64,000 bases of DNA from Promethearchaeota archaeon (GTDB lineage: Archaea; Asgardarchaeota; Lokiarchaeia; Sigyniarchaeales; SOKP01), in NCBI GenBank assembly GCA_048939995.1, contig JBHLOY010000003.1, positions 160,001 through 224,000 of the forward strand, written 5' to 3'. Both the position numbers and the translations under genes were made by a program. Below are positions 28,893 through 38,359 of the stretch, piece after piece (within the stretch, counting starts at the first letter, position 1; each line of letters begins with the position of its first letter). The notes beneath the pieces are model-generated. The model worked only from the letters and a program-made list of their open reading frames with translations, was not told where the DNA came from and did no database searches.

Positions 28893-30344
28893 TTATAATA
28901 AACTTTTTAATATTTTTCTCGTGATTTTTGGATCTGCTTGACCTTTTGTTTTACCCATCACTCTACCTACTAATGCTTCAAATGCTTTCTCATTTTTTTT
29001 TAAGTCTTGCACGATATTTGGGTTTTCTTTAATCACTTCACTACAATATTTCTTTAATATTGTTTCATCAGAAATACGTTTCTTACCTCTATCTTCTATG
29101 AGATTTGAAATAGTCTCTCCCATCATCATGTCAGATATAAGAGTTTTTGCAATCTTAGATGTTATATTTCCTTTTTTAATATTAAGAATTAAATCGACAA
29201 TGTGGTGTGGTTTTAATTGAGTATCGTTTATCCTTAAGTTACTTTCATTCAACCAACCAACAATATTATTCATTAGCCAATTGCAATATACTTTAAATTC
29301 ATCAGGACCGAATGTAGGATCTGAATTAACTCCGTTTTCATAAAAATCGGCAATATCCTTATCAAGAATAAGATTTTCAGCATCAAATTCAGATAACATA
29401 TATTGCCTTTGGAAACGAAAAATTCTATCATATGGCATTTCTGGCATCCTCTCTCTCACTAAATTGATATATTCTTTATCCATTACTATTGGTACTAAAT
29501 CCTGTTCTGGAAAATATCTATAATCTTTTTCAAACTCTTTTGTCCTTAATCCAATGGTGACTCTTCCATCCCAATGCCTTGTTTCTTGAAGAATCTCTTT
29601 TCCTTTTTTCAATTCATTCTTTTGACGCATTATTTCATAAAGTAAAGCGCTTTCGACTTCTTTAAAACTAGAAATATTTTTTACCTCTGCTCTTGAGTGC
29701 CCTTTAATCGAAATATTTGCATCTACTCTTAAAGATCCTTCCAGATTCAAATCGGAGATTCCTGTATATTGTACAATCAATTTAAGTTGATTTAAGAATT
29801 CTCTTGCTTCTGCTGGTGAATTTAATACTGGTTCAGTCACAATTTCTATTAAAGCAATTCCGGAGCGATTATAATCAACTAAAGTATAAGGGGACGTTCT
29901 TATCGATCCTTTGTGAACTAACCTTGCGGGGTCTTCTTCCAAATGAATTCTATTTAGTAGAATTTCCTTTTTTTCCGAATTTATTTTAATCATTACCATT
30001 CCTCCATTTGCAAAAGCTTTCCCTCCTGCTTTATTATATTGAGAGACTTGAAAGCCTTTGGGGAGATCTGGATAAAAATAATTTTTACGAAAGAAGTACA
30101 TAAACTCATTAATTTGGCAGTTTAAAGCTAATGCAAGTTTGGTTGCATATTCTATTGCTCTTTCATTCAACACTGGTAATGAACCAGGTAATCCGAGACA
30201 AATTGGGCATAAGTGGGTATTTGGCTCAGCATTTCGATAGTCACTATCACAGCTACAGAAGAGTTTCGTTTTTAAATTAGTTAATTGAATGTGAACTTCT
30301 AATCCAATTACAATTTCTGAATACCCACTGTTCATTTTCAACAA
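28893..30344 (-). CDS. gatB: Asp/Glu-tRNA amidotransferase subunit B
   Basis: IGLEVH.QL..TKLFC, RKNYFYPDLPK, DYNRSG..LIEIVTEP, EGSLRVDANIS, YRYFPE and KG.ADP. Confidence 0.97.
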   Translation of the reverse strand: MLKMNSGYSEIVIGLEVHIQLTNLKTKLFCSCDSDYRNAEPNTHLCPICLGLPGSLPVLNERAIEYATKLALALNCQINEFMYFFRKNYFYPDLPKGFQVSQYNKAGGKAFANGGMVMIKINSEKKEILLNRIHLEEDPARLVHKGSIRTSPYTLVDYNRSGIALIEIVTEPVLNSPAEAREFLNQLKLIVQYTGISDLNLEGSLRVDANISIKGHSRAEVKNISSFKEVESALLYEIMRQKNELKKGKEILQETRHWDGRVTIGLRTKEFEKDYRYFPEQDLVPIVMDKEYINLVRERMPEMPYDRIFRFQRQYMLSEFDAENLILDKDIADFYENGVNSDPTFGPDEFKVYCNWLMNNIVGWLNESNLRINDTQLKPHHIVDLILNIKKGNITSKIAKTLISDMMMGETISNLIEDRGKKRISDETILKKYCSEVIKENPNIVQDLKKNEKAFEALVGRVMGKTKGQADPKITRKILKSLL

Positions 30345-30348
30345 ACCT

Positions 30349-31818
30349 CTATTTTAACGGAGGAAATTTCCTAAAAATATTTAGTTCCTGCTCCAATTGA
30401 TATCCAATATTAAGGATTCCTTTTTCATCAAAATAATTTCCAATTATTTGAAAACCAATAGGTAATCCGAGATTATCAAAACCGCATGGGATCGAAAGAG
30501 CTGGTAAACCTGCTAGATTGACGGGGCATGTTAAAATATCTGTGGTATACATCTGAATTGGATCGTTTATTAATTCCCCGATCTTAAAAGCAGTACGTGG
30601 CATTGTTGGACATACGATTGCATCGCATTTTTTGAAAGCTTCTTGGAAATCTCTTTTAATTAAAGATCTAACCTTAAGAGCTTTAATGTAATATTGATCG
30701 TAATATCCCGCTGATAAGGCATAAGTACCTAAAAAAATCCTCCTTCGAACTTCACTACCAAAATTCTGTCCTCTTGTTTTATTATAAACATCAAATACAT
30801 CACCACTTAAGTCTGAACTCATTTTTCCATATCTTAGTCCATCGTATCTAGCTAAATTTGAACTCGCTTCACTCATGCAGAGTAAATAATAAGTTGCAAC
30901 AGTATATTCGAGATGTGGTATTGTTATTTCATAAGTAGTGACTCCTAGATTTTCAAGTTTCTCAATGGATTGATATACGGATTTTTTAACTTGAGAATTA
31001 ATTCCTTCATCAAAAAATTCTTTAGGGATTCCAATTTGCTTTTTATCTAATGATTTTTTAATTTCCTCTGTATATTTATCTGCTTTTATATCTACCGAAG
31101 TTGAATCGAGGGGATCTTTACCAGAGATGATTTCAAGCAATAAAGCTGAATCATAGACACATTTCGTTAGGGGACCAATCTGATCTAATGAATTTGCAAA
31201 TGCAATCAATCCATAACGTGAAACTCTACCATATGTAGGTTTTAGTCCGACTATTCCACAGAAAGAAGCCGGACACCTAATACTTCCTCCTGTATCACTC
31301 CCTAAAGCTATGATGGATAATCCTGTTGCTATAGCTGCAGCTCCTCCTCCACTTGAACCTCCTGGAACTCTTTCCAAATCCCAAGGATTATAACTTGCAC
31401 CATAGCAACTTGCCTCTGTTGAACTACCGAATGCAAATTCATCCATATTTGTGTTACCTATATGAATTGCTCCTTCTTGCTGTACTAGACGTTCTATAAC
31501 ATATGCATTATAGGGAGGACGATAACCTTGTAATATTTTTGAACAACAAGTTGTAGGAAAATCTTTAATACATATTAAATCTTTATTTGCGAAAGGTAAT
31601 CCGTATAGACTTCCAAGCTTTTTCCCCCTCTGGATTTTTGCATCATATTCTTTTGCTTTCTCAAAAGCTTTTTCTTTTGATAGGTTGACAAATGAATGAA
31701 GGAGACCATCAAATTTTTCGATTCTTGCAAACGTTTCACTAATTACATCTCCAACGGTAATTTCTCTGTTTTTTATTTTTTTGATTATTTCATAACCCAT
31801 GAGATTAGTGAGTTCCAT
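30349..31818 (-). CDS. gatA: Asp/Glu-tRNA amidotransferase subunit A
   Basis: KD, NMDEF, PGGSSGG, GSDTGGSIR.PA, SSNLARYDGLRYG and LSAGYYDQYY.KA. Confidence 0.97.
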   Translation of the reverse strand: MELTNLMGYEIIKKIKNREITVGDVISETFARIEKFDGLLHSFVNLSKEKAFEKAKEYDAKIQRGKKLGSLYGLPFANKDLICIKDFPTTCCSKILQGYRPPYNAYVIERLVQQEGAIHIGNTNMDEFAFGSSTEASCYGASYNPWDLERVPGGSSGGGAAAIATGLSIIALGSDTGGSIRCPASFCGIVGLKPTYGRVSRYGLIAFANSLDQIGPLTKCVYDSALLLEIISGKDPLDSTSVDIKADKYTEEIKKSLDKKQIGIPKEFFDEGINSQVKKSVYQSIEKLENLGVTTYEITIPHLEYTVATYYLLCMSEASSNLARYDGLRYGKMSSDLSGDVFDVYNKTRGQNFGSEVRRRIFLGTYALSAGYYDQYYIKALKVRSLIKRDFQEAFKKCDAIVCPTMPRTAFKIGELINDPIQMYTTDILTCPVNLAGLPALSIPCGFDNLGLPIGFQIIGNYFDEKGILNIGYQLEQELNIFRKFPPLK

Positions 31819-31957
31819 CTACAAGACACCTTTAGTTAATAACCTAAAAAATTTAGGCTACTTTTCAGTAATTCATCGATAATAATTCTGGATGTCTAAA
31901 AAATTTGATTAAAAGTGGAAGGGAATAAGATTGGATTATGATTAAATATACTTATTA

Positions 31958-33259
31958 TTAAGGTGTCTTTCTTAACATTGTTCTAGGAAATGGAATGGCA
32001 TCTTTAATATTATCTAATCCACAGATCCAAGATACTACTCTTTCTACTCCTAATCCATACCCAGAATGAGGAACACTTCCAAATTTCCTTAACTCAAAAT
32101 ACCATTGATAATTTTTAGGGTCTTCCCCCTGCTCTTTTAATCTCTTGATCATATCATCTACTAGTAGACTTCTTTCTGATCCTCCTATTATTTCACAATA
32201 TCCTTCTGGGGCTAGCATATCAAAGCATAATGCTTCTTTGGGATTTTTTATACTAGGTGGTTTGTAAAAACCCATAATTTCCGTTGGATAATGGGTAACG
32301 ACAACAGGTACTTTAAAATGGTCAGCAATTTTAGCTTCTTCAATAGTTCTTAAATCTTTACCCCAAGGTACATCCATTTTATATTTTTGGCTAAGAATTT
32401 CCAACGCTTCTGCATATTTTATTGTCGGATATTCTGCTTCTGCATAGTGTTCAAGTAATTTGACATCTCTTTCCAAAATCTTAAGTTCTCTCCTATTATT
32501 TTTTAGAACTTCTTGAAGAATAAATCTAATTTCGGATTTAGCAACTTCAGTAATTTCTTCTAATTTCATCCATGCTGCTTCCATTTCAGCCATCCAAAAT
32601 TCAGCTAAATGCCTTGAAGTTTTTGATCTTTCAGCTCTAAACGTGGGCCCCATATTATAAATTTTACCTAATGAAAATATACCTGCTTCAGCATATAATT
32701 GCCATGTTTGACTTAAATAAATCTTATCTTCAAAATATTTCACTTCAAATAGCGTAGCTCCTCCTTCAGATTGAGTAGGTTGGAATATTGGGGCATCAAA
32801 TTCATAATATCCATGACTTCTAAAAAATCCATGTATGGCTCCTACAATTGTATGTCTAATTTTAAGAACTGCTGTTAACTTTCTAGATCTTAACCATAAA
32901 TGTCTATTATCATATAAGAGTTCAGGGGACTGATGCTCTGTAATTGGGAAAGGTTCAGCAATTTGAATAATTTCTAGATTGGATACGGTAATCTCATAAC
33001 CAGTAGGGGCTCTTTCATCCTTTCTTAATTCACCTGAAATTTCAACAGAAGATTCAATTGTCAATTTATTAGCTTTCTCGAATATTTCGGGTTTTTTACT
33101 CTTAGAAATAACACATTGTATTATATCAGACTCATCTCTCAAGACTATAAAAACAAATTTATTTGATGCTCTGTGTCTATATACCCATCCTCTTAGATGT
33201 ACTTTTCCAGAACCTTTTTTTAACGCCTCTTCGATGGTGAAATACTTTAATTCTGTCAT
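31958..33259 (-). CDS. asnS: Asparaginyl-tRNA synthetase
   Basis: OB-fold GWV..R, EGGATLF, FRAERS.T.RHL.EFWM.E.E, EIIGGS.R and PHSG.GLG.ER. Confidence 0.92.
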   Translation of the reverse strand: MTELKYFTIEEALKKGSGKVHLRGWVYRHRASNKFVFIVLRDESDIIQCVISKSKKPEIFEKANKLTIESSVEISGELRKDERAPTGYEITVSNLEIIQIAEPFPITEHQSPELLYDNRHLWLRSRKLTAVLKIRHTIVGAIHGFFRSHGYYEFDAPIFQPTQSEGGATLFEVKYFEDKIYLSQTWQLYAEAGIFSLGKIYNMGPTFRAERSKTSRHLAEFWMAEMEAAWMKLEEITEVAKSEIRFILQEVLKNNRRELKILERDVKLLEHYAEAEYPTIKYAEALEILSQKYKMDVPWGKDLRTIEEAKIADHFKVPVVVTHYPTEIMGFYKPPSIKNPKEALCFDMLAPEGYCEIIGGSERSLLVDDMIKRLKEQGEDPKNYQWYFELRKFGSVPHSGYGLGVERVVSWICGLDNIKDAIPFPRTMLRKTP

Positions 33260-33409
33260 TCTTAAAATTCAACACTTCAATTAGTATATATATATGAAAA
33301 TTGAGGATTTCTAAAAAATTTCACTAAAAGTAACAAGTTATTTCATGAAAAGCCTTTAATTTGAAATACTTTTAAAATCTAATGATAAAGTATAGAATAA
33401 AACCAATTA

Positions 33410-33958
33410 TTATAATATAAAAATCGCAGCAGCCACTACTGAGGCCCATTCGTTTTCGTTTGGAACAGTAGCTGAAGAAGTGATACTTTTTGTTTCTACA
33501 ATTTTGCCTTCCATTTTAAAGACTTCTTTTTTTTCGTCATAATTTGCATCTGGATCAAAAGGTATTCCCAATGTTGTTGCTAGCATTTCTGCAGCTAGAT
33601 CTTCCGCAAAATCTCCAACATTTTCAGGTTTTGTGCCAAAAGCATGATGTTCACTTAAATATCCATAATGGCCTATATCAGCCGGTTTTGCTACACCTAT
33701 AGAAGCACAAATTAAGCGATTATATTCATTAGAATCTGCTCTAGCAATGACTGCATAAACAATCTGACCCGGGCGAAGTTGCTCTAAGCCCCTACCTGGA
33801 TCTATTTCGATACAATATGGTGGCAAGATAGAAGAAACGTTTACTAAATTATATTTTTCAATTCCCGCCTCTCTAAGAGCTTGTTCGAACGCTGCTAGCT
33901 TCGATTTATGAAAACCTTTCCCTTTTACAAAAAAAACCTTTTTTGGAACGAGAGACAT
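33410..33958 (-). CDS. pdaD: Pyruvoyl-dependent arginine decarboxylase
   Basis: AF..ALR.AGI..YNLV.VSSILP self-cleavage motif; GYLSEH. Confidence 0.92.
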   Translation of the reverse strand: MSLVPKKVFFVKGKGFHKSKLAAFEQALREAGIEKYNLVNVSSILPPYCIEIDPGRGLEQLRPGQIVYAVIARADSNEYNRLICASIGVAKPADIGHYGYLSEHHAFGTKPENVGDFAEDLAAEMLATTLGIPFDPDANYDEKKEVFKMEGKIVETKSITSSATVPNENEWASVVAAAIFIL

Positions 33959-34309
33959 ATCTTAGCTTTAAATTTAATTCTTATATTTATTATAATAATA
34001 ATAAATACTAAAATTATTTAAATTTAATTAAAACTTATGAATAAAGTACAATACTATTAAAATAAGGTTTAAAAGACTTACCAATTCTTAATCCTTTCAT
34101 ATGGATTCTAATTTGTTATAAGTAAATATTACGTACTTCTTCTTAAAGATTATAATTTCTTGAAGATCAATTAAGTTAAACATAGGGAACAAAACGTAAA
34201 ATTCTTCTTAGGTTTGAGCATGATTTTTTATGAAAAACATATTTACATTTTTTTAATCAATATAATATTTTAGTGTTATTTAAAACATTTAAAGCATTTT
34301 TATTAATTT

Positions 34310-35299
34310 ATGAAGGAGTATCATTTAGAAGATTTCCTTATTAAAAAAATAACTCCATTTAGCGTATATAATGTGAAAAATGTCGATGACTTGTTAAATT
34401 CCTTAAAAAATTGTGGGTTTCAAGGAAGAAATTTAGGAAAAGCCCTTGATATTTTGTATAAGATGGTTACTGACAACCAGATTTTAACTGTTTTAACACT
34501 TTCTGGTGCGATGGTTCCCGCTGGGATGGGTGAAATAATATGTGCTTTAATTGAAAATCATCTTATTGATGTTATAGTGAGTACAGGAGCAAATATTATT
34601 CATGATTTAGTAGATGTTGCCTCTAATATTGGACATTACATTGGAAGCCCTAATAGTGATGATGAGGAATTATTTAAAGTTCGTATTAATAGAATCTATG
34701 ATACATTTTTACCTGAAGATAATTATAAAAAGGCAGAAAATTTAATTTTAGATATATTGCATAACACTTTTGATTCCAAGCAAATTGAAATTACTCCATC
34801 TGATCTTCTTAAAAGAATAGGAGAAAATCTCAAATCAAGATGTATTCTTTCACTAGCTGCTGAGCATAATGTTCCTATTTTTGTTCCTGCATTTTCTGAT
34901 TCAGAATTTGCGTTAGATATGATTAAATATTCTATCAGAGATGGGTATAAATTTACTCTTGATATTTTTGGTGATGTGTTAAGATTCGCTGATATCATTA
35001 AAGAAGCAAGAGAATATGGAACTGTTATAATTGGGGGAGGTGTACCACGAAATTGGGCTCAACAAATATTTCCACTATTAGATCAAATTGATCATATTGA
35101 AACAATGGGATTTAATTATTCCGTAAGAATACATACTGCTACAGAGTATGATGGTGGTCTTTCTGGGTGTACTATTAGTGAATCTAAATCTTGGGGCAAA
35201 TATTCCTTGGAATCTAAATATGTTAGTGTTTGGTGTGATGCTACGATTGCTTTACCTATATTGATTACTGGGTTATTTCAACGTTTAAAAATCATTTAA
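34310..35299 (+). CDS. dys: Deoxyhypusine synthase family protein, paralog 1
   Basis: GFQGRNLG, SGAMVPAG, STGAN..HD, NRIYD, GGGVP, DGGLSG, SWGK (catalytic Lys) and DATIALP. Confidence 0.9.
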   Translation: MKEYHLEDFLIKKITPFSVYNVKNVDDLLNSLKNCGFQGRNLGKALDILYKMVTDNQILTVLTLSGAMVPAGMGEIICALIENHLIDVIVSTGANIIHDLVDVASNIGHYIGSPNSDDEELFKVRINRIYDTFLPEDNYKKAENLILDILHNTFDSKQIEITPSDLLKRIGENLKSRCILSLAAEHNVPIFVPAFSDSEFALDMIKYSIRDGYKFTLDIFGDVLRFADIIKEAREYGTVIIGGGVPRNWAQQIFPLLDQIDHIETMGFNYSVRIHTATEYDGGLSGCTISESKSWGKYSLESKYVSVWCDATIALPILITGLFQRLKII

Positions 35300-35351
35300 T
35301 TTATAAAAAATGTGCCATTAATTTTTAAATTGGTATCTGATTACTTTCTAT

Positions 35352-36353
35352 ATGCCTTTTACTCTAAACGAAAACTATCTCATAAGAAAAGTTACACCAT
35401 TGGAGATCTCTAAAATCAAAAATATTGATGATTTATTGGAATCAATAAAATATTGTGGTTTCCAAGGGAGAAATTTAGGAAAAGCTGCTGAAATCCTTTA
35501 TGAAATGTTTTTAGATGATACTTGTCTTACTATTCTAACTTTAAGTGGAGCTATGGTTCCTGCTGGAATGGGAATGGTTATATGTGAATTAATAGAAAAC
35601 AAATTAATTGATGTAATTATTTCAACAGGAGCAAATATTACTCACGACTTTATTGATGCAATCGTAAAAGGAGGCCATTATTTAGGAAGTGATAAAGTAG
35701 ATGATGAGGATTTATTTAAGCACCGAATAAATAGAATATATGACGTATTTCTTCCCGAAATTAATTATAATCTTGCAGAAAATGAATTACTTAGAATACT
35801 AAGGATTAAATTTCCAGATAAGAAATTTGAAATAACACCCTCAGATTTTTTTCAAATAATTGGAAAAGAAATTAAAACAAGAAGCATTTTATCGAGTGCT
35901 GCAAATAATGATATTCCAATATTTGTCCCCGCTATTTCTGATTCTGAATTTGCATTAGACTTAGTTAAATTCACCGAGACAGAAGGTTTTGATATAGATT
36001 TTAGAGTTCTTAAAGATGTTAAAAAGTTTGCAAGAATAATCAAGAAAGCAGATTCATGTGGTACATTTATCATAGGAGGGGGAGTTCCTAGAAATTGGGC
36101 TCAACAAATTTATCCTTATATTGAGAATGTAGAGAAATTAAGAAGGGAAGATTATGAATTTGGCTATAAATATTCTGTAAGAATTCACACTGCTACAGAA
36201 AAAGATGGTGGTTTAAGTGGCTGTAGCTTAAGTGAAAGCAAATCTTGGGGAAAATATTCAATTGACGCAAAATACGTAAGCGTATGGTGTGATGCTACAA
36301 TTGCATTACCAATATTAATTACTGGAGTTATGCAAAGATTAAATATAATCTAA
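35352..36353 (+). CDS. dys: Deoxyhypusine synthase family protein, paralog 2
   Basis: Same motif set, including ESKSWGK and DATIALP. Confidence 0.9.
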   Translation: MPFTLNENYLIRKVTPLEISKIKNIDDLLESIKYCGFQGRNLGKAAEILYEMFLDDTCLTILTLSGAMVPAGMGMVICELIENKLIDVIISTGANITHDFIDAIVKGGHYLGSDKVDDEDLFKHRINRIYDVFLPEINYNLAENELLRILRIKFPDKKFEITPSDFFQIIGKEIKTRSILSSAANNDIPIFVPAISDSEFALDLVKFTETEGFDIDFRVLKDVKKFARIIKKADSCGTFIIGGGVPRNWAQQIYPYIENVEKLRREDYEFGYKYSVRIHTATEKDGGLSGCSLSESKSWGKYSIDAKYVSVWCDATIALPILITGVMQRLNII

Positions 36354-36366
36354 TGAATTGACTTTA

Positions 36367-37152
36367 TTAAGAATCTTCTTGTTTTCTAAGAAGATATTTT
36401 GAGAAAATATTCATATAAAGGCATTCTTCGGGAGGCATCTCCATGGTTAATTTTGGCTTATCTGCAAATTCCACATCTGCTCCTTGAATAATAACTATGG
36501 GTGTTTGTTTGTCCGCTTCACTTAGTAAAAACTGAGCAGCGCTTGCAAGGTCATCTGCTATAGCTCTCATAGTTATCTCTAAAGGTCTGTTAAAAAGATC
36601 TGGTTTTCCTCGGAGATCCTCGATAGGTTCAAATCCAGCCGTTGCTATGGCAATACCTATAGTACCTTTTCTTAAAGGTTGAACACGAGAATCTACTATA
36701 ATAATACCAAGTCTCTCCAAATTAAACTCGCTTTTTAACTCTTTCCAATAATTCCAAACCACACTTTCAAGATGTTTTGGGAGTAATACAACCTTACCCA
36801 ATCCTGCATTAGATTGATCTATTCCAGAGTTTGCAATTAAAAAATCGTTTACTTTAGTTAAAATTACATGTTTCATTCCTCCTAAAACCATAGAGGCTTC
36901 TTCTAATATGAGTTGAACGAACCTCTCATCCATATCATACTTTTTTGCTTGTTCTTTAGCTTTTCTCGAGATATTTTTAACATCTGATAATCTAACAACT
37001 CTTCCTTGGGACGTTGCTACTACTTTCTCTGCTATAACAACAATATCCCCTTCATTCAGGGAACCTTTTGACTTTTTAATACTATTAATAATAATTTTGA
37101 GAAGATCATCATTTTCCTTAATTAGTGGGAGTTTAATTGCAAATAGTTCCAT
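36367..37152 (-). CDS. cofE: CofE-family (COG1478) gamma-glutamyl ligase
   Basis: GD.VVIAEKVV...QGR, ANSGIDQSN, DS...PLR.G, G..DLF.R.L..T..A.AD.LA and P.V.I.G. Confidence 0.85.
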   Translation of the reverse strand: MELFAIKLPLIKENDDLLKIIINSIKKSKGSLNEGDIVVIAEKVVATSQGRVVRLSDVKNISRKAKEQAKKYDMDERFVQLILEEASMVLGGMKHVILTKVNDFLIANSGIDQSNAGLGKVVLLPKHLESVVWNYWKELKSEFNLERLGIIIVDSRVQPLRKGTIGIAIATAGFEPIEDLRGKPDLFNRPLEITMRAIADDLASAAQFLLSEADKQTPIVIIQGADVEFADKPKLTMEMPPEECLYMNIFSKYLLRKQEDS

Positions 37153-37207
37153 GCTAACTAAAAAAATTAAACTTATTTGATATAGTTTTTTACAATTATA
37201 GATAACC

Positions 37208-38071
37208 TTGAAGAAAATATATACAAAATTATTTGATTTTTTTGAGATTGGGGATGATTATCCACCCATTGTGATGGGTGTGTTAAATCTAAGCCCTGAA
37301 TCGTTCTATCAAGGTTCTGTTTATGAAGACCTTGAAAAAATGAAAATAGCAGCCTTAGAGATGATTGATAATGGAGCTAAAATGTTGGACTTAGGGGCAA
37401 GATCAACTGCTCCATGGTCTAAGAAAATCACAATTGAAGAAGAAATCAGTAGATTTAAACCAGCAATGGAAGTATTATGCAATATCATTCCGAACGACAT
37501 TATAATTTCTGTTGATACTCAATATATGCAGGTCGCTCAAGAAGCTCTTGAAATTTCAAAAAAGAATGGTAAAAAGATAATTATTAATGATGTTAGTTGT
37601 CTTAAAACAGATCCATTATTGGCACATTTCGTTAATGAGAATGATCTCCCAATTATTTTAATGGCTTCTAAAAACATACCCGGTGATTTATTAACAATAG
37701 AAGAGATTATTTATGAATTTAAGAAAACGATTAAAGATTTAAAATCTAAAGGATATGATATAGAGAAAGTTATATTGGACCCTGGCATTGGACATTGGAT
37801 TGAAGAAAAGACATATAAATACGATTTAAAAATAATAGCAAACCTAAATACATTAAGAATCTTGAATAGACCAGTTCTGATTGCTATTTCTAGAAAATCC
37901 TTTATAGGAACTGCTTTAAACATCCCTGACCCAGAAAATAGATTAAGTGGCACTCTTTCAGCAACAGCTATAGCCGTATATAATGGCACCCATATAATTC
38001 GAACTCATGATGTAACCCATCAGTTAAATGAAATCGTTGAACTGGCTTATCATGTAAGAAAAAGTAAATAA
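37208..38071 (+). CDS. folP: Dihydropteroate synthase
   Basis: MGVLNLSPESF, D.GA.STAP, SVDT, INDV, DPGIG, SRKSF and RTHDV. Confidence 0.92.
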   Translation: MKKIYTKLFDFFEIGDDYPPIVMGVLNLSPESFYQGSVYEDLEKMKIAALEMIDNGAKMLDLGARSTAPWSKKITIEEEISRFKPAMEVLCNIIPNDIIISVDTQYMQVAQEALEISKKNGKKIIINDVSCLKTDPLLAHFVNENDLPIILMASKNIPGDLLTIEEIIYEFKKTIKDLKSKGYDIEKVILDPGIGHWIEEKTYKYDLKIIANLNTLRILNRPVLIAISRKSFIGTALNIPDPENRLSGTLSATAIAVYNGTHIIRTHDVTHQLNEIVELAYHVRKSK

Positions 38072-38359
38072 TTTGACTCTAATTTTTAATATTAATTATC
38101 TTTTAATAGAACGCCCGATTGAATTAAAGTTCAAGAAATATAAATCTAATTTTATAAAAAGCTTTAATTCTAAATGGATTCTATGAAATACGCTTTAGAA
38201 ATTGAAAACAATTTAATTTTAGGTAAAAGAAAACTATGCTTATATTTAAATTAGCGGAATTACTTACATTATATGTATAATGTTAAATAATCTCATTAGT
38301 TCAATTAAGAATTGATTAATTTAACTTTACATCAGAATTTACATTGGAATAGATCTTTT

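Noticed and set aside
31819-31957. Expected position of gatC
   Set aside because: Only 139 bp, with no suitable ORF
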